Shown here piece by piece: positions 9,489 through 21,167 of a DNA stretch of 64,000 nt. Within the stretch, counting starts at the first letter, position 1, and the number at the start of each line of letters is the position of its first letter. Source of the DNA: an uncultured delta proteobacterium (GTDB lineage Bacteria; Myxococcota_A; Polyangia; Palsa-1104); the NCBI GenBank assembly GCA_963785725.1, contig CAWAWS010000007.1, positions 448,001 through 512,000 on the forward strand. Direction: 5' to 3'. The position numbers were made by a program, and so were the translations under genes. Below the pieces are notes generated by a model, which saw only the letters and a program-made list of their open reading frames with translations, searched no databases and was not told the origin of the DNA.

Positions 9489-10423
9489 CCTTATTCGACA
9501 AGCAGTTGGTGATCATCGGCGGCAAAGGCGGAGTCGGGCGCACGACGGTGTCGTCGGCGTTGGCGCTGGCGGCGGCCAAGCGCGGCAAGCGCGTCTTGTT
9601 GGCGCAGTCGAAGTCGAAGGAGCGGCTGTCGGCGCTGTTCGGCGTGCCGCCCGTCGGTCACGAGGTGACGCGCATTCGCGACAGCCTGTTCGCGGTCAAC
9701 ATGACGCCGCAAGCGGCGCTGCTCGAGTACGGCTCGATGGTGCTGCACTCCGAGTTCATCGCCAAGCAGGTGCTGGAAAACAAGGTGTCGCGACAGTTCT
9801 TGCACGCCATTCCCGGCCTCGACGACTACTCGATGCTGGGCAAGATTTGGTACCACACGACCGAGCTCGAGCACGGGCGGCGCAAGTGGGATCTGGTCGT
9901 GTTCGACGCGCCGGCGACGGGGCATCTGGTGACGATGCTGCAGATTCCGCAGGCGATCTTGGACTCGGTGCCGGAAGGGCCGTTGACGCGGCCGGCGCAG
10001 GCGGCGCGCGATCTGGTGCGCGACGGGCAGCGGACGGCGCTGTCGATCGTGACGCTGGCCGAGGATCTGCCGTCGAACGAGGCCATCGAGCTGGCAGCGA
10101 GCGCGCGGCAGAAGATCGCGGCGCCGCTCGGGCCGCTCGTCGTCAACGCGCTGTATCCGCCGCGGTTTTCGCAGGGCATTTCGGCGCGGGCGTTGGCGGC
10201 GCTGCCGGAGAACGTGGGCGACGGCGAGCTGCAGCCGCTGGTGCGCTCGGCGCGGACGGAGCAGCGGCGGCGGGCGCTGAACGATCATTATCTGGAGCGG
10301 CTGCGGACGGAGCTGCCGGTGCCGCAGGTGCATCTGCCGTATTTGTTCGCGGCCGAGTTCGGGCCGAAGTGCATCGAGGAGCTGGCGACGCGGCTGGATG
10401 CGCAGCTGACGGCGCTCGGCTGA
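9485..10423 (+). CDS. ArsA/Get3-family ATPase (deviant Walker A GKGGVGRTT)
   Basis: GKGGVGRTT, IPGLDD, VFDAPATGH switch II, VVN; ATGA overlap with hydrolase. Confidence 0.85.
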   Translation: MTLFDKQLVIIGGKGGVGRTTVSSALALAAAKRGKRVLLAQSKSKERLSALFGVPPVGHEVTRIRDSLFAVNMTPQAALLEYGSMVLHSEFIAKQVLENKVSRQFLHAIPGLDDYSMLGKIWYHTTELEHGRRKWDLVVFDAPATGHLVTMLQIPQAILDSVPEGPLTRPAQAARDLVRDGQRTALSIVTLAEDLPSNEAIELAASARQKIAAPLGPLVVNALYPPRFSQGISARALAALPENVGDGELQPLVRSARTEQRRRALNDHYLERLRTELPVPQVHLPYLFAAEFGPKCIEELATRLDAQLTALG

Positions 10424-10440
10424 CCGCGGGCGGATCCGTC

Positions 10441-10522
10441 GCGGCTGACGGCGCGCTCGCGGCTGACGGCGCGCTCGCGGCTGACGGCGCGCCCGCGGCT
10501 GACGGCGCGCCCGCGGCTGACG
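10441..10522. repeat. 18-bp tandem repeat GCGGCTGACGGCGCGC(T/C)C, about 4.5 copies
   Basis: Read directly; resembles the last codons of the upstream ATPase gene. Confidence 0.9.
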
Positions 10523-10596
10523 TGCGGTCTCACCGTGCGGCGCAGGAATCGTCCGTCGCGCGCCGATCGATGACGTAACCTACGCCGCACGGTGTT

Positions 10597-11454
10597 ATGC
10601 TGACCCCGATGCGCTCGCTGATCGTGGCGACGCTGCTGTTCCTAGCGACGGCCGCGCGTGCCACCGAGACGTATGCGCTCTTCCGCCTCGATCCCCTCGG
10701 GATCGCGCCCGACATCGTGGGGCAGCTGGAACGCGTGCTGCGCGGCGAGCTGGCGCGCGTCGTGGGCCACGAGCTGCCGTCGGCGCGCGCCGTCGACGAC
10801 CTAGTGCGGCAGTTCCCCAAGCTCGCCAACTGCACCGCCGATCCCGCCTGCCTCGTGCAGCTCGCCAAGTCGCTGCACGTCACGCGCGTCGTCTCCGGCA
10901 ACGTCGGCGGCCTGGCCGACAGCTACGTCGTCAACCTGAAGCTCGTCGACGACAACGGCCGCGAGCTGCGCCGCGTGACCGCCACGTTGCGCGGCTCGCC
11001 CGAGGAGCTCATCGACGAAATTCGCGTCGCCGCCTTCCGCCTCGTCGCGCCCGAGCGCCTCGTCGGCAGCATCGCGCTCCTGTCCGACGTGCCCGACGCC
11101 ACCGTCAGCCTCGACGGCGTCGACGTCGGCAAGACGCCGCTGGCGCAGCCGCTCGGCAATCTGTCGATGGGCGTGCACAAGCTCGCGGTCACGCGCGAAG
11201 GCTTCTCGCCCTACGCCGAAGACGTCCCCGTCCGCTTCGAAAAGACGACCCAAGTGGTCGTCCACCCGAGCGCCATGAGCGTCGCCGCGCGCAAAGCCGA
11301 GCGCCGACGACGCGCCGCCGCCGAGACGCCGCTGTACACACGCTGGTACTTTTGGGGCGGCGTCGCCGTGACCGCGATCGGCATCGGCATCGGCATCGGC
11401 TTCGGCGTCCCCAAGCAGTCGCCCGTCAGCTGCGCCAAAGGCGGCTGTCCGTGA
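10597..11454 (+). CDS. PEGA-domain protein with C-terminal membrane anchor
   Basis: Signal peptide, CxxxxxC, PEGA (ATVSLDGVDVGKTPL..GVHKLAVTREGF), RWYFW followed by TM. Confidence 0.8.
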   Translation: MLTPMRSLIVATLLFLATAARATETYALFRLDPLGIAPDIVGQLERVLRGELARVVGHELPSARAVDDLVRQFPKLANCTADPACLVQLAKSLHVTRVVSGNVGGLADSYVVNLKLVDDNGRELRRVTATLRGSPEELIDEIRVAAFRLVAPERLVGSIALLSDVPDATVSLDGVDVGKTPLAQPLGNLSMGVHKLAVTREGFSPYAEDVPVRFEKTTQVVVHPSAMSVAARKAERRRRAAAETPLYTRWYFWGGVAVTAIGIGIGIGFGVPKQSPVSCAKGGCP

Positions 11455-11509
11455 CGCCGGCGCGCCGCCGGTTCCGCGATCGCACAATAAACGTCAGCCG
11501 GCCCGGCTC

Positions 11510-11635
11510 ATTGTGCAAACGCGCCCTGAAATTGTGCGTTCGCATCATGGCGCCGCCGATCGGCAGCTCTTCATGGTGCGTTCGCACCATGCTGTTGTGC
11601 ATTTGCGTCATTTCGTTGTGCATCTGCACCACGGT
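11510..11635 (+). repeat. 21-bp-period palindromic repeat array (6 positions, 1 degenerate)
   Basis: Units at 11510, 11531, (11552), 11573, 11594, 11615, e.g. ATTGTGCGTTCGCATCATGGC and GTTGTGCATCTGCACCACGGT. Confidence 0.85.
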
Positions 11636-12464
11636 CGCCCACGCCGCCGGCGCGACGCGCGTGGCCGTCTTGCCGCTGCGCGAATCGGCGGCGGGCGCGG
11701 CCACGGCGCGCCTCGAAGCCGCGCTGGCCGAAGCCTTGCCGCTCATCCCCGGCGTCACCGCCGTCAACCTCACGAACGGCAAGTTTACGTCGCCGCGCAA
11801 AGGCGAAGGCCGCCTCGAGTCGCAGCCGTCGGCGCGCGCGTTGGCGCTCGGCCGCGAGCTGGGCGCGCAGCGCGCGGTCGCCGTCGAAGCGACGCCGCTC
11901 GGCGAAGGGCTCATCATCTACGTGCAAGCGCTGGAAGTGCCGGGCGGCCGCTCGCTCGGCTCGACGACGTTCGCGCTCACCGGCGGCGCCGCGCGCGAGC
12001 CCGGCGACCTCGACGCCGCCCGCGCCGCGCTCACCCGCGTCATCGATCCCGCGCGCTACGTCGGTCGCCTCGACATCAAGCTCGACGTTCAAGGCGCCGA
12101 GGTCCAAGTCGACGGCCGCCTCGCGCGCTCCGGCGTCGTCGAGTTACCGGTCGGCACGCACGCCCTGCGCGTCACCCATCCCGCCTATCACGACTTCTTG
12201 CGCTTCCTCGAGGTCGGCTTCGATCAAACGCTGCCCGTCGCCGTCAATATGGCCGCCTATCCGCTGGCCGAAGGTGAAATGACGGAAAGTCAGCGCCGCG
12301 GCTTGCCGATCAATACCCGCAAGCTGCCTTGGTACCGCCGTTGGTATTCGGTAGTCGGCGCGGGAATCGTCCTGACGGGTGTCACTTTGGGCGTCGTTTG
12401 GCTGGCGCGCCCCGGCGTCCACGATGATTCTTCGGCGAGCTTCAAGCCAGTGACGACGCCTTAA
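11589..12464 (+). CDS. PEGA-domain protein with C-terminal membrane anchor
   Basis: Signal peptide ending VAHA, PEGA (GAEVQVDG..GTHALRVTHPAY), PWYRRWY followed by TM; start codon uncertain. Confidence 0.75.
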   Translation: MLLCICVISLCICTTVAHAAGATRVAVLPLRESAAGAATARLEAALAEALPLIPGVTAVNLTNGKFTSPRKGEGRLESQPSARALALGRELGAQRAVAVEATPLGEGLIIYVQALEVPGGRSLGSTTFALTGGAAREPGDLDAARAALTRVIDPARYVGRLDIKLDVQGAEVQVDGRLARSGVVELPVGTHALRVTHPAYHDFLRFLEVGFDQTLPVAVNMAAYPLAEGEMTESQRRGLPINTRKLPWYRRWYSVVGAGIVLTGVTLGVVWLARPGVHDDSSASFKPVTTP

Positions 12465-12564
12465 AATCAGCGCTCGATTCATCCGTATTTCTTAAGCGGG
12501 TTCTTTTAAGACGACTGTCGCCAATCTAACGGGTCAATCGTGCATTTGCGATACGCGCCGAATC

Positions 12565-12628
12565 ATTTTGTCAGACAAAATCTATTGTGAAAACAATATC
12601 TTGACGGCATTTGTCGCTTAAATACAGT
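12565..12628 (+). promoter_or_regulatory. Putative sigma70 promoter with two adjacent operator-like palindromes
   Basis: TTGACG (12601)-16 bp-TACAGT (12623); palindromes ATTTTGTC-A-GACAAAAT (12565-12581) and TATTGT-GAAA-ACAATA (12583-12598). Confidence 0.5.
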
Positions 12629-12685
12629 ATCTCGCAGAAAGGCTCTCTCCGGCCTTTAGCAAAAAAACCGGGGGTGTGTGAATCG

Positions 12686-12856
12686 ATGGTCGGAAAAAGC
12701 AAAGATCCAAAGGGAACGCGAATCACGGTCCGCATCTCCGATAAGGACCTCAAAGATCTGCAGGTGGAAGCCAAGCGGCGCAACACCACGATCGGTGGCG
12801 TCGTACGCGTGCTCATCCGCGACGGAATCCGCCTTTTGGAGCCGGCCAAGCGCTAA
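12686..12856 (+). CDS. Ribbon-helix-helix (CopG/Arc-like) DNA-binding protein, 56 aa
   Basis: Alternating strand RITVRIS, helix DKDLKDLQVEAKRR, turn, helix TIGGVVRVLIRDGI. Confidence 0.75.
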   Translation: MVGKSKDPKGTRITVRISDKDLKDLQVEAKRRNTTIGGVVRVLIRDGIRLLEPAKR

Positions 12857-12946
12857 TTTTTCGTTATTGTTTCGTCGAGAAATGAATCGAGTTTCGCCGG
12901 AGCAATATTCACTTACTCGTCAGCGACTGCTCAATCGCGCGCTCGT

Positions 12947-13921
12947 TCAACCCGCTTTGAGCATGGCGAAGAGGCGATTGATCTTGATGTTCGCCTGCGG
13001 AAATTTGCCGTCGCCGTAGTTGGCCGTCGCTTCCTGAAAGAGATCCTCGACCGACTTGCGATCGCCGCCGTCGAGCTTGCGGCCGTGCATGGCCGCCGAG
13101 AGCCGCGCCATCTTGGCCGAGATGAACGAGCGATCGATCTTGATCTCCTCGACGGTGGCGAGCAGCTGATCGGCGTCGTATTTGGCGCGCACGTAGTCGG
13201 CCTTCTTCATGGCGTCGCGGGTCTCGTCGACGAGCTTCGACGTCCCCGGCGGCAAATCGGACGTCAAGAGCCCGCGCTCCTGCATCAGCTTGAGCGCCTT
13301 CTTGTAGACGGGCTCGACGTCGTGCGCCGTGTAATGCAACCCCTTGGGCAGCTCGATCTTCGCCGGCACCGCCGCCATCGCGCCGCAGGTGTCGCGCTCG
13401 CGCCGCGCCAACGTCGCCTCGCGCGACGCCAGGTCCTTCTCGCGCTGCCCGACGTCGCGCTCGCGCTCGGCCAGCTCCTTCTCGCGCGACGCCACCGTCT
13501 GCTCGCGCCGCGCCGCGCGCTCGAGCGGGTCGGCGCCGGGCGACGTCGCGACCACCTGCGTCGCCTTTTGCACCAGCTGATCGCGCGCTTTCAACAGCAG
13601 ATCGAGCTTGTCATTGACCTGCTGCTCTTGCTGCGACAACTCGCCCTCTTTGGTCAGCAGCGACTTCTCGGCCTCGTCGATCGCCGCCTGCCCGGTCGAG
13701 TCGTGCCCCAGCTGCGAGCGGCGCTCGACGAGCTCGGCGCGCGCGTCCGACAGCTTCTTGCGCTCGCGCTGCAGCATTCCGCGCTGGCCCAGCAGATCGG
13801 TCTCGCTCTTCTTGAGGGACTCGTCTTCGGCGGTGATGGGCGCGACGTCGGCGGGCGGCGGTGGGCGATGGCAGCCGCCAGCCGCAGCGACGAGCAGTAA
13901 GGCTAAGGTTAGGCGCAGCAC
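12947..13921 (-). CDS. Hypothetical coiled-coil lipoprotein
   Basis: Lipobox-like LLVAAAGGC; long heptad region (REKELAERERDV). Confidence 0.75.
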   Translation of the reverse strand: MLRLTLALLLVAAAGGCHRPPPPADVAPITAEDESLKKSETDLLGQRGMLQRERKKLSDARAELVERRSQLGHDSTGQAAIDEAEKSLLTKEGELSQQEQQVNDKLDLLLKARDQLVQKATQVVATSPGADPLERAARREQTVASREKELAERERDVGQREKDLASREATLARRERDTCGAMAAVPAKIELPKGLHYTAHDVEPVYKKALKLMQERGLLTSDLPPGTSKLVDETRDAMKKADYVRAKYDADQLLATVEEIKIDRSFISAKMARLSAAMHGRKLDGGDRKSVEDLFQEATANYGDGKFPQANIKINRLFAMLKAG

Positions 13922-13997
13922 GCCCGCATGATAGCAGCACGGCGGCGGAACCTCTAGAAACGCGCGGTTAGGTCAGGGCCGAGCGGAGCGGCGGGCG

Positions 13998-14088
13998 CGG
14001 CGACGATCGATTCCGGAGGATGGTGGGCCCGGAAGGTTTCCCCCGACCTCCCGCCCCAATTATCGGCGCGCCGTCGCAAAAGTTGCGT
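13998..14088. repeat. Dispersed intergenic element, copy 1
   Basis: 31-nt CGGCGACGATCGATTCCGGAGGATGGTGGGC identical to 60064-60094; patchy similarity continues (TTTCCCCC, TTATCG, AAGTTGCG). Confidence 0.8.
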
Positions 14089-14128
14089 GCCGAATCCACT
14101 CGCCGCCGCAACGTCGCGCGACGACGAG

Positions 14129-14653
14129 CTACTCGAACGTGACGAGCGCCTGCCCGGCCTCGACCGGCTGCCCCTCTTTGACGCCGACCGCCTTGATCTT
14201 GCCGTCGCGCGGCGACTTCAGCTCGTTCTCCATCTTCATCGCCTCGACGACGACGACGCCTTGCCCCGACTTGACCTCGTCCCCGACCGCGACGAGCAGC
14301 TTGACCACCTTGCCCGGCATCGGCGACTGCACCGACGCGGCCGCCGCTTTCGGCGGCGCCGCGGCGCGTCCCGCGACCTTCGCGCGCGCCGACTGCAGCT
14401 TCAACGGCACGCTGATGTTGTCGACGGTGACCGTCAGATCGGGCGCCGCGCCATCGACGTCGACGAGCGCCGTCACGCCGCCGCCTTCGGGCAACAGCGA
14501 CCAGCTCGACGCGCGTCCCGTGCCGGCGACCTTGACCGCTTCGTAGATGCGCACGCGGCCGGCATGACCGACGCGCACGCGGTTGCCTTCGAGCTTCTCG
14601 ACGGTGATGTCGCGCTCTTGCCCGCCGACTTCGACGCTATAGCGATGGATCAT
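14129..14653 (-). CDS. Biotin carboxyl carrier subunit of an acyl-CoA carboxylase
   Basis: SPMPGKVV and EAMKMENEL biotinylation motif. Confidence 0.9.
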   Translation of the reverse strand: MIHRYSVEVGGQERDITVEKLEGNRVRVGHAGRVRIYEAVKVAGTGRASSWSLLPEGGGVTALVDVDGAAPDLTVTVDNISVPLKLQSARAKVAGRAAAPPKAAAASVQSPMPGKVVKLLVAVGDEVKSGQGVVVVEAMKMENELKSPRDGKIKAVGVKEGQPVEAGQALVTFE

Positions 14654-14982
14654 GACGAGGCGGAAGCGGTCGCCGAAGCGGGAAGCGGGAGCTCGATGCC
14701 GAACAGGTCGGCCCATTCTTTAGCCGCCCACAACACGCCCACGAGCGTATTGGTCAGGTCACCAAAGAGCAGCGGCTCGTTCTTCTCGAAATAGTAGTGA
14801 CCGATGAACTGCAGCGCCCAGCCGGCAGCGAACATTCCGCCGCCGAGCAGCGGGTTGAACGGCAGCACGGGCAGCGAAGCCACGATCATCGGAATCCCGA
14901 CCATGTGCGTCACGCGCGTGCCGAGCTGGCGATGGCCCTCGGCATATTCTTCCAAATACTCGCGAAGCGACTTTGTTGCCAT
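14650..14982 (-). CDS. DUF962/Mpo1-like membrane protein
   Basis: Y..GH, THMVGIP, GWALQFIGHYYFEKNEP. Confidence 0.85.
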   Translation of the reverse strand: MATKSLREYLEEYAEGHRQLGTRVTHMVGIPMIVASLPVLPFNPLLGGGMFAAGWALQFIGHYYFEKNEPLLFGDLTNTLVGVLWAAKEWADLFGIELPLPASATASASS

Positions 14983-15011
14983 GCGCGGAGCATACTATAT
15001 TCCGCGCCCGC

Positions 15012-16178
15012 ATGTCGCTCGCCAACCTAGTAGCGCAAAGACGCATCCTCGTCTGCGTAGGGTCCGGCGGCGTCGGCAAGACGACCACCGCCGCATCATT
15101 GGGTTTGGCGGGCGCCCGCGCCGGTCGTCGCACCCTCGTCCTCACCATCGATCCCGCCAAGCGGCTCGCCAACGCGCTCGGTTTGTCGTCGCTGGGCCAC
15201 GATCTGCAAAGCGTCCCGGCGGAGAAAGTCGCGCTCGGCGGCGCGCCCGTCTCCGGCTCGCTCGACGCCATGATGCTCGATCAAAAGCGCGCCTTCGACG
15301 AGATCGTCGTCAAGTACGCCAAAGATCCGGCGGCGCGAAAGCGCATCTTCGAGAACCGCATCTACCAGCAGATCTCGTCGACGCTGGCGGGCTCGCACGA
15401 ATACGCGGCCATGGCCAAGCTGCACGAAATTGTGCAAACGCAAAAATACGATCTCATCATCCTCGACACGCCGCCGACGGCCAACGCGCTCGACTTCTTG
15501 GACGCGCCCGAGCGGCTCACCGCGGCCATCGACTCCTCGGCGATTCAGTGGTTCACCAAGCCTTATCTGGCGGCCGGTCGCTTCTCGCTCAAGGCGCTCG
15601 GCCTCGGCGCCAGCTTCGTCTTGAAGCGGCTGGCGCGCTTCGTCGGCTCGGCGTTTCTCGAGGACATGGCGCAGTTCTTCGTCGAGTTCAACGCCATCTT
15701 GGGCGGCTTTCGCGAGCGCGCCAAAGAGGTGTTCGACCTCCTGCGCGGCGCCGACGTCGGCTTCGTCCTCGTGTCGTCGGCGGAGCCGCTCTCGATCGAC
15801 GAGGCCATCTACTTCCACGATCGCCTGGTCTCGTCGCACATGCCGCTCGGCGCCTTCGTCGTCAACCGCGTCCACTCGGCGGCGGCGGCGACGCTCGACC
15901 GCGAGGCGCTCATCGCCAAGCTGCAGGCGCGGCCCGAGCTCGTCGGCTACAGCGGCGACGACATGGTGCAGATCGCGTCCGACTTCGATCGCACGCACCG
16001 CGAGTTTCAGCAGCTGGCCGACACCGACGCGCGCCAAGTGCAGCGACTGCGCGATCGCTCACGCGGCCAGATCGACGTCATCACCATCCCGTTCTTCGAT
16101 CAGGACATCTACGACGTCAGCGGGCTCTCGCAGATGATCCGCTATCTCGTCGGCGAAGACGCCAAGTCCGCCGCCTGA
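15012..16178 (+). CDS. ArsA/Get3-family ATPase (Walker A GSGGVGKTT)
   Basis: GSGGVGKTT, TIDPAKRLA, LDTPPT, ALDFLDAP, VVNRVH. Confidence 0.9.
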   Translation: MSLANLVAQRRILVCVGSGGVGKTTTAASLGLAGARAGRRTLVLTIDPAKRLANALGLSSLGHDLQSVPAEKVALGGAPVSGSLDAMMLDQKRAFDEIVVKYAKDPAARKRIFENRIYQQISSTLAGSHEYAAMAKLHEIVQTQKYDLIILDTPPTANALDFLDAPERLTAAIDSSAIQWFTKPYLAAGRFSLKALGLGASFVLKRLARFVGSAFLEDMAQFFVEFNAILGGFRERAKEVFDLLRGADVGFVLVSSAEPLSIDEAIYFHDRLVSSHMPLGAFVVNRVHSAAAATLDREALIAKLQARPELVGYSGDDMVQIASDFDRTHREFQQLADTDARQVQRLRDRSRGQIDVITIPFFDQDIYDVSGLSQMIRYLVGEDAKSAA

Positions 16179-16198
16179 AATCGTAGTCCGCTAAGGCT

Positions 16199-17541
16199 TC
16201 AGCGCGCGATCTTCCAGCTCTTCAAGACCTCGGCGGCGACGGCAGCGCCCGTGCCTTTGGGCGCGCCGAACACGAGGACGAGCTTGTCGCCGTCGCGCTG
16301 CACCAGCCAATCGTCGTGCGCGCCGTCGGCCGCCGCCAGCTTCGCCAGCAGTCGCTGCGCGGCCGGCTCCGCCTCCTTCGCTTCGCTCTCGGAATCCCAC
16401 ACCGAGAGGTCGACGATGGTCAACGCGCCGTCGGGCGTGCCGTCGCTGTACGCGACCTGACGATCGCCGCCCCAACCGGCCGCCGCCTTCTCGGCGATGG
16501 CGTCCGCCGGCTGCTCGGGCGGCGCGCCCGGCGTCGCCTTTTTCGCCGGTGCCGGCGCCGGCGGCGGCGCCGAGTCGAACAAGATCTTGAACACCAGCTC
16601 GCCAAACACGTCGCGGCGAATCTCTTTGCGCGCGCCGAGCTGCTTGAGCGGCACCGGCGTGATCTGGATCGGATGCTCTTTGTTCAGGTATTTCTCGGGA
16701 TGGATGATCTGCTCGGTCGACTCCGGCGGCGACTTGAAGGCGTCGTCGATGCGCGACCAGGGCGCGCCTTTGCGCAGCGCCTCGACGAACGTCAACCCCT
16801 GCAAATAGGGGAAAATCAGCGTCTCCTTCACGAACTGCGGCGCCTTGGCGAACTCCGGCGTCGAGCCGAAGCTGCCCTGCAACATCTGCTTGCCGACCTG
16901 CTCGATCAGATCGGCAGCTGATCGACGGGCAATCCCATCGCCTGCGCCTGAAACTCCATCATGACCGCCGTGCCGTCGCCTTCGACGAGCGCCGACTGCG
17001 CCATCTGCTTGTCGTCGTTGTCCTTGATCGGCGTCGCGTACTTCTTGAGGTCGAAGTGCTGATCTTGCAGCGCGTGCTCGATCTCGTGCGCCATCGCCGG
17101 TCGCTGCAGCTCGAGCGGCAGCCAATCGGAGACGTAGAGCTTGCCCGCGAACGGATCGTAGAAGCCCGCCACCTGCTCCATCAGCAGATCGATCGTCATC
17201 TTCTCGTAGTCGAGATCGGGCGGAAACAGCCCCAAGCGCTTGAGCACGCGGCCTTCGTTGCGAAATTCCTCGGGCGTGAACTCGATCCGAATGCGCTCTT
17301 TGAGCTTGGCGCCGATCTGATCGCGCGACAGCACGTCGCGCTGCAGCGGCTTCAGGATCGCCAGGCCGCGAATGGCCGACACTTGGTGGGCGATCTCGTC
17401 GGCGGCCGCGAGCAGCGCGTCTTTCGGGGCCTTGGCGGGCGCTTTGGCGGTGGTGGCGGGCGTGGCCGGCTTCTTTTTTGCGTTCGCACCAAAAGGCAGG
17501 AGCAGGACCAGCGCCGCGGCCAGAAATCTCATGCGCGGCAT
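16199..17541 (-). CDS. Secreted putative zinc metallopeptidase (HEIEH), split by an indel near 16910
   Basis: Signal peptide, [26 protein letters not shown] in ORF 16906..17598; continues [24 protein letters not shown] in ORF 16199..17125. Confidence 0.75.
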
Positions 17542-17591
17542 CCTAGCACCTTGCGCGCGCCGCCGGTCCGCCATAGGTTTCAGGCGCTCCC

Positions 17592-21161
<3,570 letters not shown>

Positions 21162-21167
21162 ACCCGT

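Noticed and set aside
9485..16178. Arsenic resistance operon
   Set aside because: No arsR/B/C/D nearby; the ATPases are single-domain Get3-like types.
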